Shown here piece by piece: positions 38,506-47,746 of a DNA stretch of 64,000 bases (position 1 is its first letter; every line of letters starts with the position of its first letter). Position numbers and translations under genes: made by a program. Origin of the DNA: Candidatus Poriferisocius sp. (lineage in GTDB: Bacteria > Actinomycetota > Acidimicrobiia > Acidimicrobiales > Bin134); NCBI RefSeq assembly GCF_965214065.1, contig NZ_CBDCAT010000026.1, positions 77,204 through 141,203 on the forward strand. Direction: 5' to 3'. Below the pieces are notes generated by a model. It worked only from the letters and a program-made list of their open reading frames with translations. It was not told the DNA's origin and did no database searches.

Positions 38506-40046
38506 CCGCTCCAGCACCGGAGGTGAGGGCTCCGCTGCTCGAAGTCTCCGGGGTGACCAAGCGCTACCCCGGTGTGCTGGCCGTGGACGATGTGACCCTG
38601 TCTCTGGAGGCCGGAGAGATCGTCGGGCTGGTGGGCAAGAACGGCGCGGGCAAGAGCACGCTGATCAAGATCATCGCTGGGGCTGAAAGGGCGGACGAAG
38701 GCCATTTGTCCCTGAGCGGCGAGCCGCTCGATCTGCACCGACCCCATGATGCAACGGTGGCCGGGCTGGCCTTCGTCCACCAAGACCTCCAAGACGTGGG
38801 CGACCTGTCAGTGGCCGAGAACGTGAGGATGGGCCTCGGCTACCCCCGAAAGCTGGGCCTGTTCGTGGATTGGGCAGAGTTGCGCCGCCAAGCCGCCGGG
38901 TCGATCGCCCGGTTGGAGGCGGAGATCAATCCCCGCCAGCTGGTGGGAAAGCTGAGCGTGGCCCAGCAGCGGCTGGTGATGATCGCCCGGGGGCTGGCCC
39001 AGCAGGCCCAGCTCTTGGTGTTGGACGAACCCAGCGCATCGCTCACCGATGAAGAAATCGAGCACCTGTTCGCCGTGGTGCGCCGGTTGCGGGACGATGG
39101 AATGGCCGTGGTGTATGTGTCGCACCGCTTGGAGGAGATATTCGAGCTCACCGAGCGGGTCATCGTGATGCGCAACGGGCAGTTGGTTGCCGACGAGCCC
39201 ACGACATCGTTGGACCGTGGCTCGCTCATCTCGCATATCACCGGACACGAGCACGCCCAGACCGCATCCGAGCGGAGAGCCAGCCGGGGAGTAGGGGGAA
39301 GACCTGAGGCTGAGGTGGTGTTGGAAGTGGACGGAGTGAGCGCCGACACCGGCGTGCACGATTGCTCCTTCGACGTGCGCAAGGGAGAGATTCTGGGATT
39401 GGGGGGGCTGGTGGGCAGCGGTCGTACTGAGTTGGTGAGGGCAGTATTCGGCGCTGATCATCGTCGAGAGGGCACGATTCGAGTTCACGGCCAGAAGATT
39501 AAGGAGAACCATCCATCTGAGTCCATGGCGGCCGGTCTGGCCCTTCTGCCCGAAGACCGCAAGACCCAGGGAAACATCATGGACTTCAGCGTGCGCAACA
39601 ACATCACGCTGGCTTCTTTGGATCGCCACCGGCTGCGGCCGCGGGTGCCGGCGCCCTCGGTGCGGTCGGAGAAGCAGGCTGCCGACCAGCGGATAAATCG
39701 CTTGAGCATCGCCACTCCCCACGACCGCCAGCTTGTGCGGCTGCTGTCGGGAGGCAACCAGCAGAAGGTGGTGATCGCCAAGTGGCTGGAGCAGGGGGCC
39801 GACGTATTGATCTTTGATGAGCCGACCATCGGGGTGGATGTGGACGGCAAGGAGGAGATCTACGACATTATGGAAGAGCTGGCCGCTGCGGGGAAGGCAG
39901 TGGTGTTCATCTCGTCGGAGTTCTCGGAGCTGGTCGGGGTGTGCCATCGGGTGCTGGTGCTGAGTGAGGGCCGCATCATCGGCGAGCTAGAGGACGACGC
40001 GGTCACCGAGCCGGCCATCGTGGAGCTCTGCTACAGCCAGCACTGA
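38502..40046 (+). CDS. Sugar ABC transporter ATP-binding protein (RbsA-like, two domains)
   Basis: GKNGAGKST, LDEP, GLVGSGRTE, LSGGNQQK. Confidence 0.95.
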   Translation: MTAPAPEVRAPLLEVSGVTKRYPGVLAVDDVTLSLEAGEIVGLVGKNGAGKSTLIKIIAGAERADEGHLSLSGEPLDLHRPHDATVAGLAFVHQDLQDVGDLSVAENVRMGLGYPRKLGLFVDWAELRRQAAGSIARLEAEINPRQLVGKLSVAQQRLVMIARGLAQQAQLLVLDEPSASLTDEEIEHLFAVVRRLRDDGMAVVYVSHRLEEIFELTERVIVMRNGQLVADEPTTSLDRGSLISHITGHEHAQTASERRASRGVGGRPEAEVVLEVDGVSADTGVHDCSFDVRKGEILGLGGLVGSGRTELVRAVFGADHRREGTIRVHGQKIKENHPSESMAAGLALLPEDRKTQGNIMDFSVRNNITLASLDRHRLRPRVPAPSVRSEKQAADQRINRLSIATPHDRQLVRLLSGGNQQKVVIAKWLEQGADVLIFDEPTIGVDVDGKEEIYDIMEELAAAGKAVVFISSEFSELVGVCHRVLVLSEGRIIGELEDDAVTEPAIVELCYSQH

Positions 40047-40145
40047 TGGGCAGCCGTTGGTGTGGGTAGTGTCACTGCTGGTCGGTACTGTGTTCGGCCA
40101 CGGGCTCTTTTGAGCTGAGAAGTAGACGGACGACCAGAGGCGAGA

Positions 40146-43100
40146 ATGAAGAAGCTCCTCATCCTGTTGTTCAGCGTGGCCTTGATCGCGGCCGCATGTT
40201 CGGACAGCGAAACTCACATTCCAGTAACCGGGCAGATCGGCGCCGCCGGAGACACCGACGCTGAAGACGAAGCCGCGACCCCTGAGGCCACCGCTGAACC
40301 CACCGCTGAGCCCACCGCTGAGCCCACCGCCATGTCTGAGGCTGCGGAAGACGAGGAAGCCGCAGCTCAGCCTGAGTCACCGCAAGCAGATGATGGATGC
40401 CAAGCAGGTGAAGAGGCCGCAGCCGAGGAGGGTCTGCTCCCGGTGGATCCCGAGGTGAAGATCGGCACCTTGGACAACGGGCTCACCTACTACGTTCGCT
40501 CCAATGACAGCCCGGGCGGCGCGCTCTCACTGCGGCTCGCGGTTAACGCTGGGTCGCTCAATGAGCCGATCGAGGGGGCCGGGTATGCCCACTTCTTGGA
40601 GCACATGCTGTTCAACGGCACCGAGAAGTACCCGGGCAACGAGATCACCGACGCTCTGCAAAGCATCGGAGTGGAGTTCGGACCGGACATAAACGCCTAC
40701 ACCTCCTATGACGAGACCGTCTACATGCTCGATTTGGTCATAGACGAGGAAGAGGGGTCGGTGGACACCGCATTCGAGGTGCTGGCCCAGTGGGCGCACG
40801 CCGCCACCATCGCTCCCGTAGATGTGGAAGAGGAGCGGGGCATTATCCGCGATGAGTATCGCCGGAGGGAGGAGACGGGCGAAGGTGTCATCCATCAAGT
40901 TTTCGACGGGATGTATGTTCAGGGCACCCCCTACGAGGGCAAGGATCCGATCGGCACGGTGGAAGTGATCGAGGCGACCACCGCTGAGGATCTGCGGGCG
41001 TTCTATGAGACGTGGTACGTGCCGTCCAACATGGCAGTGGTGGCGGTGGGCGATTTGCCTGTAGACACGCTGGAGGACCTCGTTGAGGAGTATTTCTGCG
41101 ACATCTCCGCGGGCGAGACGCCCTCTGTGCCCGACAACGGGTCGGCCCTGAACCCGGAGGCGACCTTCGACATAGCCACGTCGCCTGAGCAGTCGTACCC
41201 ATACCTCTCTTTGGATATCCGCCTGCCGTCTTGGGATCCCAACACCGTTGAGGGCGACCGCCAGCTATGGATCGAGGAGGTCATCGGCATCATGGTGGGG
41301 AACCGCTTGCAGGACGGATACGAGCAGGGCTTTTTGTCGCAGATCGATCCAACCCACTGGTCGACGTTCTCCTACACGCGCGGCCTGCGGTACTACGGCA
41401 CCAATATGCGGGCCGACGACTATTCCGCCGCCCTCACCGACTACTGGTCTTTGCTGTTGAGTCTCGCCGAGCATGGCTTCAGCGATGTCGACCTTGAGCG
41501 GGCGGCCAATGCCATCAGAGCCGACTTGGAGTCGGCAATTGACGCATCCCCCACCATCCAGGATCGCGGACGCGCCGGCCAATACACGGCGCACTTCTTG
41601 GAAGGCAGGGACATAGGTCGGATAGAGGACACCGCGGAGCGGGTAGATGCCCTGCTCGATGAGATCCAGGTCGACGACCTCAGCGGCCGCTACCGGGAGA
41701 TCTTGGCCGAGAGCGGGCTGATCATGATCGCGGTGGGCCCCGATCCCTCTGAAGTTCCCAGCGTCGAAGAGATGCGAGCCGCGCTGGAAGCAGCCGCGCC
41801 GGGCGAGTTGCCGGCCCAGGCCGGGGAGGCGACGGAATTGCTGGCCGCGCCCAGCCCGGTTGATCCGGTGTCCGAGGGGCCGATCGAGGCGATTGCCGAC
41901 GAGCTGGACGATGCTTACGAGTGGACCTTCGACAACGGCGCCCGGGTCATGTACGCCTATTCCGATATTGCTGAGAACCAAGTCAGCTTGGACGCCATCT
42001 CTTGGGGCGGCTGGTCGGCGCTCTCCGAAGGCGATCGTCCTCTAGCCCAGTATCTGGTAACCCGGGCAGTGGGCAACAGTGGCCTGGGCGACTTGAGCCC
42101 AACGCAGATCTCCCGCTATCTGGACGACCGCAACGCCCAAGTAGGGCCGTATATTGCCGAGACCACTGAGGGAATTTCGGGAGCATCTGACACCGAAGGC
42201 GTGGAGACGATGTTCCAGCTCATGCACTTGTACATGACAGAGCCTCGGGTGGACGAGCAGGCCTTTGCCGAAGCGGCCAACATCGGCGAGATCATCTTGT
42301 CACTGTCGCAGTCCGACCCCGATTGGCAGGAGGGGGTGGCCTTTGTTGAAGAGCGCTATGGAGATGCTCTCGGTTGGTTCAACCTGATTCCCTCCCAGCA
42401 GATACTGGACTCGATAACTGCCGAAGAGCTGTTGGACATCTACCAGCGACGCTTCGACGGGGTGGACGACCTTGTCGTGGTTGTCGTCGGCGATGTTGAC
42501 CGCGACGTGGTGGAGCAAATGGCCCGAACCTATGTGGGAACGCTTCCCGCCAGGGAGGCCGACAGCTACGTAAACCGGCGCACACCGGAGCCTGATGGGG
42601 TCGTGCGCCGTGAGGTTGTGCTCGGCCCCGACAACCAGTCAACGTCGGTGTCGTACAGCTACGAGGCTTCGCTGGATGTGAACCCTTCGACGCAGGTAGC
42701 GGTCAGAGTGCTCGACGTGATCATCGACACACGCCTAGTTGAGGATGTCCGGGAAGACCTGGGCGACACCTACGTAGTCAGTTCATTCCTCGGCCAGAGC
42801 TTCACGCCAGAGCCCAGGGTCACCGGAGAAGTTGTCGCCACCGGCGCCCCCGACCAAATGGACACCATCGAAGCGGAGATGTCCCGCATTCTGACCGAGG
42901 TTCACTCCGGTGAGATCACCGGTGAGGAGTTCGAGCAGGCCCGGGCGGTGGTCGGTGACGACTTCGCGCTGATCGACAACGCCGACTTGGCCAGTGTTCT
43001 GATTCGCCGGGCCTACGCCGACGACGATGAGCTGCCAACACCGGAGCGTCTGCTGGAAGAGTTGGAAGCCTTGGAACTGGCAGATGTGCAAGCACTAGCC

Positions 43101-43154
43101 GCGCTGCTATTCGATCCCGATCAGCACATTCAGATGGTCCGGGTACTGCCCTAG
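40146..43154 (+). CDS. M16 family zinc metallopeptidase lipoprotein (PqqL-like)
   Basis: Lipobox AAAC, GTLDNGLTYY, AHFLEHMLFNGT (HxxEH), NAYTSYDETVY, VREDLG..Y. Confidence 0.92.
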   Translation: MKKLLILLFSVALIAAACSDSETHIPVTGQIGAAGDTDAEDEAATPEATAEPTAEPTAEPTAMSEAAEDEEAAAQPESPQADDGCQAGEEAAAEEGLLPVDPEVKIGTLDNGLTYYVRSNDSPGGALSLRLAVNAGSLNEPIEGAGYAHFLEHMLFNGTEKYPGNEITDALQSIGVEFGPDINAYTSYDETVYMLDLVIDEEEGSVDTAFEVLAQWAHAATIAPVDVEEERGIIRDEYRRREETGEGVIHQVFDGMYVQGTPYEGKDPIGTVEVIEATTAEDLRAFYETWYVPSNMAVVAVGDLPVDTLEDLVEEYFCDISAGETPSVPDNGSALNPEATFDIATSPEQSYPYLSLDIRLPSWDPNTVEGDRQLWIEEVIGIMVGNRLQDGYEQGFLSQIDPTHWSTFSYTRGLRYYGTNMRADDYSAALTDYWSLLLSLAEHGFSDVDLERAANAIRADLESAIDASPTIQDRGRAGQYTAHFLEGRDIGRIEDTAERVDALLDEIQVDDLSGRYREILAESGLIMIAVGPDPSEVPSVEEMRAALEAAAPGELPAQAGEATELLAAPSPVDPVSEGPIEAIADELDDAYEWTFDNGARVMYAYSDIAENQVSLDAISWGGWSALSEGDRPLAQYLVTRAVGNSGLGDLSPTQISRYLDDRNAQVGPYIAETTEGISGASDTEGVETMFQLMHLYMTEPRVDEQAFAEAANIGEIILSLSQSDPDWQEGVAFVEERYGDALGWFNLIPSQQILDSITAEELLDIYQRRFDGVDDLVVVVVGDVDRDVVEQMARTYVGTLPAREADSYVNRRTPEPDGVVRREVVLGPDNQSTSVSYSYEASLDVNPSTQVAVRVLDVIIDTRLVEDVREDLGDTYVVSSFLGQSFTPEPRVTGEVVATGAPDQMDTIEAEMSRILTEVHSGEITGEEFEQARAVVGDDFALIDNADLASVLIRRAYADDDELPTPERLLEELEALELADVQALAALLFDPDQHIQMVRVLP
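40288..40330 (+). repeat. Intragenic 12-bp tandem repeat (CCACCGCTGA(A/G)C, ~3.5 copies) encoding an EPTA linker
   Basis: Directly visible; encodes EATAEPTAEPTAEPTA in the acidic linker. Confidence 0.85.
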
Positions 43155-43231
43155 CTGATCAGCGCATTCAGATCATCCGGGTACTGCCGTAGCTGAACAG
43201 CGCATTCAGATCATCCGGGTACTGCCCTAGC
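43119..43231 (+). repeat. Three tandem 38-bp copies of the M16 peptidase 3' end including its stop codon
   Basis: GATCAGCACATTCAGATGGTCCGGGTACTGCCCTAGCT / GATCAGCGCATTCAGATCATCCGGGTACTGCCGTAGCT / GAACAGCGCATTCAGATCATCCGGGTACTGCCCTAGC. Confidence 0.92.
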
Positions 43232-43241
43232 GGCACCTCGG

Positions 43242-44801
43242 TTAAACCTGGCGCTCTTGGCCCTCCCAGTGGGGGTCGCGCAGCACTCGCTTGAGGATCT
43301 TGCCGGTTGGCGCTTTGGGCAGCTCATCCACGAAGGCCACCGCCCTGGGCTTCTGGTAGGAGGCCAAGTTCTGGCGGGCGGAGTCGATGATCTCGTCCTC
43401 GGTGGCGGCCATGCCCGGTTTGAGCACCACATAGGCCATGACCGACTCGCCCCAGGTGTCGTCGGGAACGCCGATCACCGCGGTCTCCAAGACCGCCTCG
43501 TGGGTGGCGATGGCCTCCTCCACCTGAACCGAGTAGATGTTCTCGCCGCCGGAGATGATCATGTCCTTGGCCCGGTCGACGATGGACACGTACCGCTCGT
43601 CGTCCCAGGTGGCGATATCGCCGGTCCACATCCAGCCGTCCTTGATGGTGTCGGCGGTGAGATCGGGTCGGCGGAAATATCCCAGCATGTTGGCCTCGGA
43701 CCGCACGATGATCTGCCCCGATGTCTTTCCGTCTTGGGGCACATCAACGCCGTATGGATCAACCACCCGCACCGAGGTGACGAACCCCTCTCGGCCGCAT
43801 GACCGCAGCCGGTCGGTTCGGTAGCCGTCGCGGATGGCCCGAATGTGGTCCTCCTGCGATAAGAAGCACATGGTGGTGCCCTCGGTCTGGCCGTAGCCCT
43901 GGATCAGGGTGCAGGGGAACTTGTCCATGGCCTCGGTGATGACCCGGGACGGCATGGGGCCGCCTCCGTACTGGATGTTGCGCAGGCTGGAGATGTCGTA
44001 GTCGTCGAACCCCTCTACTGCCATCATCCAATTCAACATGGTGGTGACTCCCAAAAAGGCCGACACCTTCTCGGTCTGGATCAGCTCAAGGGCCAATTTG
44101 GCGTCGAAGTTCATCAGCACCAGTGGGCAGCCGTGAGCCAGGTAGTTCATGGCCAGCACCACCGGGATGTGGAACATCTGCCCGGTGAGCATGTAAACGT
44201 CGCTGGGGACGATCCGCTCGGCCACCGTCTGGTTGAGCATCCCGAAGTAGACGCTGCGGTGGCTGTGCAATGCGCCCTTGGACTCCCCGGTGGTGCCTCC
44301 GGTGTAGAGGATGAACAGCGGGTCGGTGTCGCCGATCTCATCGGACCCGGCGGGCTCGGCGTCAGATGACGACTCCACCAGCTCCTCGTAGGAGCCGTCG
44401 CCCCCCTCGCCGTACTGGAGCCAGTGCTCCACGCAGCTCACCAGCCCTGACAGCTCAGCTGCCTCGGCGGCGTAGGCCCCCTGGGTGATATAGGCCCGGG
44501 GCTCGCCGTTGTTCACAATCTTGGCCAGCTCCGGTCCGGAGAGCCGCCAGTTCATGGGCTGGGCCACAAGTCCGGTTCGTCCACAGGCGAAATACAGGGC
44601 GGCGTACTCCACCGAGTTCTGGCTCAAGATGCCGACCCGGTCGCCCTTCTCCAAGCCCAAGCCGACCAGCCCATTGGCCAGGCGGCGGACGTGCTCGTCG
44701 AAGGCCGCGAACGTGACCCGTTGGCCGGTGGTGGAGTCGATGATGGCCTCGCGGTCCGGCGTCTGCCGGGCCCACTTGGCCGGGATCTGGCCGATGTTCA
44801 T
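43242..44801 (-). CDS. Long-chain acyl-CoA synthetase
   Basis: YTGGTTGESKG, YGQTE, TGD, ISGGENIY, GKILK. Confidence 0.93.
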   Translation of the reverse strand: MNIGQIPAKWARQTPDREAIIDSTTGQRVTFAAFDEHVRRLANGLVGLGLEKGDRVGILSQNSVEYAALYFACGRTGLVAQPMNWRLSGPELAKIVNNGEPRAYITQGAYAAEAAELSGLVSCVEHWLQYGEGGDGSYEELVESSSDAEPAGSDEIGDTDPLFILYTGGTTGESKGALHSHRSVYFGMLNQTVAERIVPSDVYMLTGQMFHIPVVLAMNYLAHGCPLVLMNFDAKLALELIQTEKVSAFLGVTTMLNWMMAVEGFDDYDISSLRNIQYGGGPMPSRVITEAMDKFPCTLIQGYGQTEGTTMCFLSQEDHIRAIRDGYRTDRLRSCGREGFVTSVRVVDPYGVDVPQDGKTSGQIIVRSEANMLGYFRRPDLTADTIKDGWMWTGDIATWDDERYVSIVDRAKDMIISGGENIYSVQVEEAIATHEAVLETAVIGVPDDTWGESVMAYVVLKPGMAATEDEIIDSARQNLASYQKPRAVAFVDELPKAPTGKILKRVLRDPHWEGQERQV

Positions 44802-44849
44802 CTGCGGCTCCTTCCTAGAGGGCGGATGCGATGCTCATGGCCGAATGCC

Positions 44850-45257
44850 CTAGTAGGGCAGATCGAGGGCGAGGAAGCGCTTCTGGATCTTCCAGTCGTC
44901 GCCCACCCGAACGCAGTCGTCGGTGTAGACGCCGCTGGAGAGGACCGAGAGCTGGCCGTTCTCCACAGTGATGAGCACCAGATAGCTGATGGCGGTGATG
45001 GAGTCCTCGGACTCGTTCTCGAAGTAGAGGTTGGTCACCACATGGCGGCGCTGGTCGGTCTGCTCCTCCATCGCCCCGCTGAACAGCCCGGCGATGGCCT
45101 CTGACCCCTCGAAGGTGATTGGGTCGCCGCCGGCGATGGTCATCGCGAACACCGGGTTGTCGGGGGCGAACATCCCGATGAGGAAGCCGCTGTCGCCTAC
45201 GTCGTAGGCCACTCCCGCGTGGTTCAAAAGCTCGGTTACCGCTTGTTTGTCTGCCAT
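44850..45257 (-). CDS. SnoaL/NTF2-like protein (BaiE/LinA-like)
   Basis: ELL...G.AYD, RRHVVTN, SGVYTD....DWKI.KR. Confidence 0.8.
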   Translation of the reverse strand: MADKQAVTELLNHAGVAYDVGDSGFLIGMFAPDNPVFAMTIAGGDPITFEGSEAIAGLFSGAMEEQTDQRRHVVTNLYFENESEDSITAISYLVLITVENGQLSVLSSGVYTDDCVRVGDDWKIQKRFLALDLPY

Positions 45258-45261
45258 TGGA

Positions 45262-46074
45262 TCACTCCATTCCCAGTATGTCCACGGTGCCTCGCCAGGC
45301 CAGCGAGCCACCATCGATCAATATGTATGCGCCGTTGATGAAGCCGGCCTCCCGGCTGGCCAAAAAGCACACCAGCTCGCCCACCTCGGAGGGGAGGCCC
45401 AAGCGGGGGATGAGCGAGGTGTTGATGAGCGCCTTCTCGAATGCCACCGGGTCGTCAGACTGCTTGACGAAGTTGGTGACCATGTCGGTGGCAATGGCGG
45501 TGGGGCCGTAGCAGTTGACCCGGATCCCCAGCGGTGCCAGATCCACCGCCAGGTTCTGGGTTTGCAGCCGAATACCGCCCTTGGAGGTTCCGTAGGCCGA
45601 GTTGTTCGGATAGGCGGATTGCGCACCGGTTGACGCCGCGTTGACGATCGACGGCCAATCGCTCTCCTTGAGGTAGGGGAGGGCGGCCTTGGAGCAGATC
45701 CACGGAGCGACGGCGTTCACCTCCACAACTTTCTTGAACACATCGAGGGGCATTCCCTCCAGGCTGCATTGCTCAGGTGAGGCCAGCGCGGTCTCGTGGA
45801 TGCCGGCGTTGTTGTGAAGAACGTCGATGCCGCCAAAGGCAGCCGCGGCGGCGGCCATCAGCGCATCCACCTGGTCGGGGTCGGTCACGTCGCAGTGCGT
45901 GTACGCCGCGGTGCCGCCGGAGGCGTTGATCTCGTCGGCCACTGCTTGGCCTTGCTCGTCGTTGAGATCGGACACCATCACCTTGGCGCCCTTGTCGGCT
46001 GCCACCTGGGCGGTGGCCGCCCCGATTCCGGTGGCCGCCCCGGTGATGACGAATCGCAGTCCTTCGATGCCCAT
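45262..46074 (-). CDS. SDR family oxidoreductase
   Basis: TGAATGIG, NNAG, YGTSK, IDGG. Confidence 0.92.
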   Translation of the reverse strand: MGIEGLRFVITGAATGIGAATAQVAADKGAKVMVSDLNDEQGQAVADEINASGGTAAYTHCDVTDPDQVDALMAAAAAAFGGIDVLHNNAGIHETALASPEQCSLEGMPLDVFKKVVEVNAVAPWICSKAALPYLKESDWPSIVNAASTGAQSAYPNNSAYGTSKGGIRLQTQNLAVDLAPLGIRVNCYGPTAIATDMVTNFVKQSDDPVAFEKALINTSLIPRLGLPSEVGELVCFLASREAGFINGAYILIDGGSLAWRGTVDILGME

Positions 46075-46195
46075 CAATGCCCCCTTGTATGAGATACGGC
46101 CCGCAGCGTAGGCCGCAGGGCCAGGGGCTGTAAAACAAAGAGGGCCAACGGGGCCGAATCGCAGGGCAACATGGGTCAGTTGGTACATTTGGCCG

Positions 46196-46594
46196 GTGCC
46201 CAAGCTGTCCACCACGCCACCGGTACGGGCGGGTGCTGACCCCCGCCCAGAGTTGGTATTCAGCGATGGACACGTATTGTTGTCCGGCAGCAGATGCGAC
46301 TCTTGCCGTTATCCGATGCCGGTGTCGCCGCCTCGGTGTCCGGTTTGCGGCAGCCACTCCATGTCGTCGGCCACCTTCGGTCCCAAGGGCACCGTCTTCA
46401 GTTCCACGGTTCTGCGGATTCCGGTGCCGGGTCGAACCCCGCCGTTCACCCTGGCCTACGTGGACGTTGACGACGGCCCCCGCGTCCTCGCCCATGTCGA
46501 TGGCTCCGACGAAGCCCTGGTTCCCGGCAGCCGAGTTGCGCTGTCGGGATGGAATGAACACGGCGATCCGGTTGTGACGAGGCGTGGGCCGTGA
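46196..46594 (+). CDS. Zn-ribbon/OB-fold protein (DUF35/ChsH2 type)
   Basis: CDSC...CPVC Zn ribbon, G.VFSST, PF.LAYVDVDDGPRV. Confidence 0.88.
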   Translation: MPKLSTTPPVRAGADPRPELVFSDGHVLLSGSRCDSCRYPMPVSPPRCPVCGSHSMSSATFGPKGTVFSSTVLRIPVPGRTPPFTLAYVDVDDGPRVLAHVDGSDEALVPGSRVALSGWNEHGDPVVTRRGP

Positions 46595-47742
46595 ACGGGG
46601 CGAACACGTCCATATGGGGTGTGGGAACTTCGGCATTTGGCAAGCAGGCTTCGCTGGGAGGTCCGAGACTGGCCTGGCAGGCCACGGTGGAAGCACTTGA
46701 CGACGCCGGGTTGAAGGCCTCCGATATCGACGCGGTGTACGCCGGCACGGTGTTCGGCGACCCTGGCACCGTCACCCGCAGCCTCCAGCAGATCGGAATC
46801 GTCGAGGTGCCGGTCATCACCATCGAGAACGCCTGTGCCAGCGGCACCTCGGCGTTCCACGAATCCCGCTTGGCAGTGGAGACCGGCCGGTACGAGCGGG
46901 TGCTGGCCTTCGGAATCGAGACCATGACCGCCCACTTTGACGGCGCTATCAGCCCTATCGCGTCGGACCCCGACGGGGCCCAGGGCTTCGCCATGCCCAG
47001 CATCTACGGCATGTCGGCCACCCGGTACCGCTACGAGTTCGGCGTCACCGATGAGCAGATGGCCGCGGTGGCGGTCAAGAACCGCCAACATGCGCTAGGC
47101 AACCCCCGGGCCCAGCACCGCAAGGTCGTGACCTTAGAGCAGGTGCTGGAAAGCCTGATGGTGGCTGATCCCATTACTTTGTTCCAATGCTGCTCGATTG
47201 CCGATGCTGCTGCCGCCGCGGTGGTCGGGCCACTGGGGGGCTCAAGGGATCCGGGCCAGGAAGTGGCCATCCGGTCCAGTGAGCTGCGCTCTGGGCGGCT
47301 GTGGGACCACACCACCGACAAGGTGTGGGGCTGGGACATCGTGGCCGATACCGCAACCCAGGCCTACGAAGCCGCCGGGGTTGGGGTGGGCGACATCGAC
47401 GTATTCGAGGTCCACGATGCCTTCACCATCGGCGAGATCGTCACCACCGAGGCTCTGGGAATGTGCGGGTTGGGCGAAGGGGGCAGATTGGTCGAATCGG
47501 GTCATACATCGCAGGGAGGGGCGCAGCCGGTAAACCCCTCGGGCGGACTGTTGTCGAGGGGCCATCCGCTGGGGGCAACCGGGCTGGCCCAAATTGCCGA
47601 GATCGTCTGGCAGCTGCGGGGCATGGCCGCCGACCGCCAAGTACCGGGGGCCCGTCTCGGCGCGGTGGAGACCATGGGGGGCGGCACGGCGGGAATCGAC
47701 GGCAACGCGTGTGTGGTGACGGTGTTGGAGCAAGTGGGGTGA
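46591..47742 (+). CDS. SCP2-type thiolase family protein
   Basis: ENACASG, AVKN, EVHDAF, NPSGGLLSRGHPLGATG. Confidence 0.93.
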   Translation: MNGANTSIWGVGTSAFGKQASLGGPRLAWQATVEALDDAGLKASDIDAVYAGTVFGDPGTVTRSLQQIGIVEVPVITIENACASGTSAFHESRLAVETGRYERVLAFGIETMTAHFDGAISPIASDPDGAQGFAMPSIYGMSATRYRYEFGVTDEQMAAVAVKNRQHALGNPRAQHRKVVTLEQVLESLMVADPITLFQCCSIADAAAAAVVGPLGGSRDPGQEVAIRSSELRSGRLWDHTTDKVWGWDIVADTATQAYEAAGVGVGDIDVFEVHDAFTIGEIVTTEALGMCGLGEGGRLVESGHTSQGGAQPVNPSGGLLSRGHPLGATGLAQIAEIVWQLRGMAADRQVPGARLGAVETMGGGTAGIDGNACVVTVLEQVG

Positions 47743-47746
47743 CATT

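Noticed and set aside
43119-43231. CRISPR array or DGR template/variable repeat
   Set aside because: Units abut with no spacers, no cas or reverse transcriptase gene is in the window, and mismatches are not adenine-specific.
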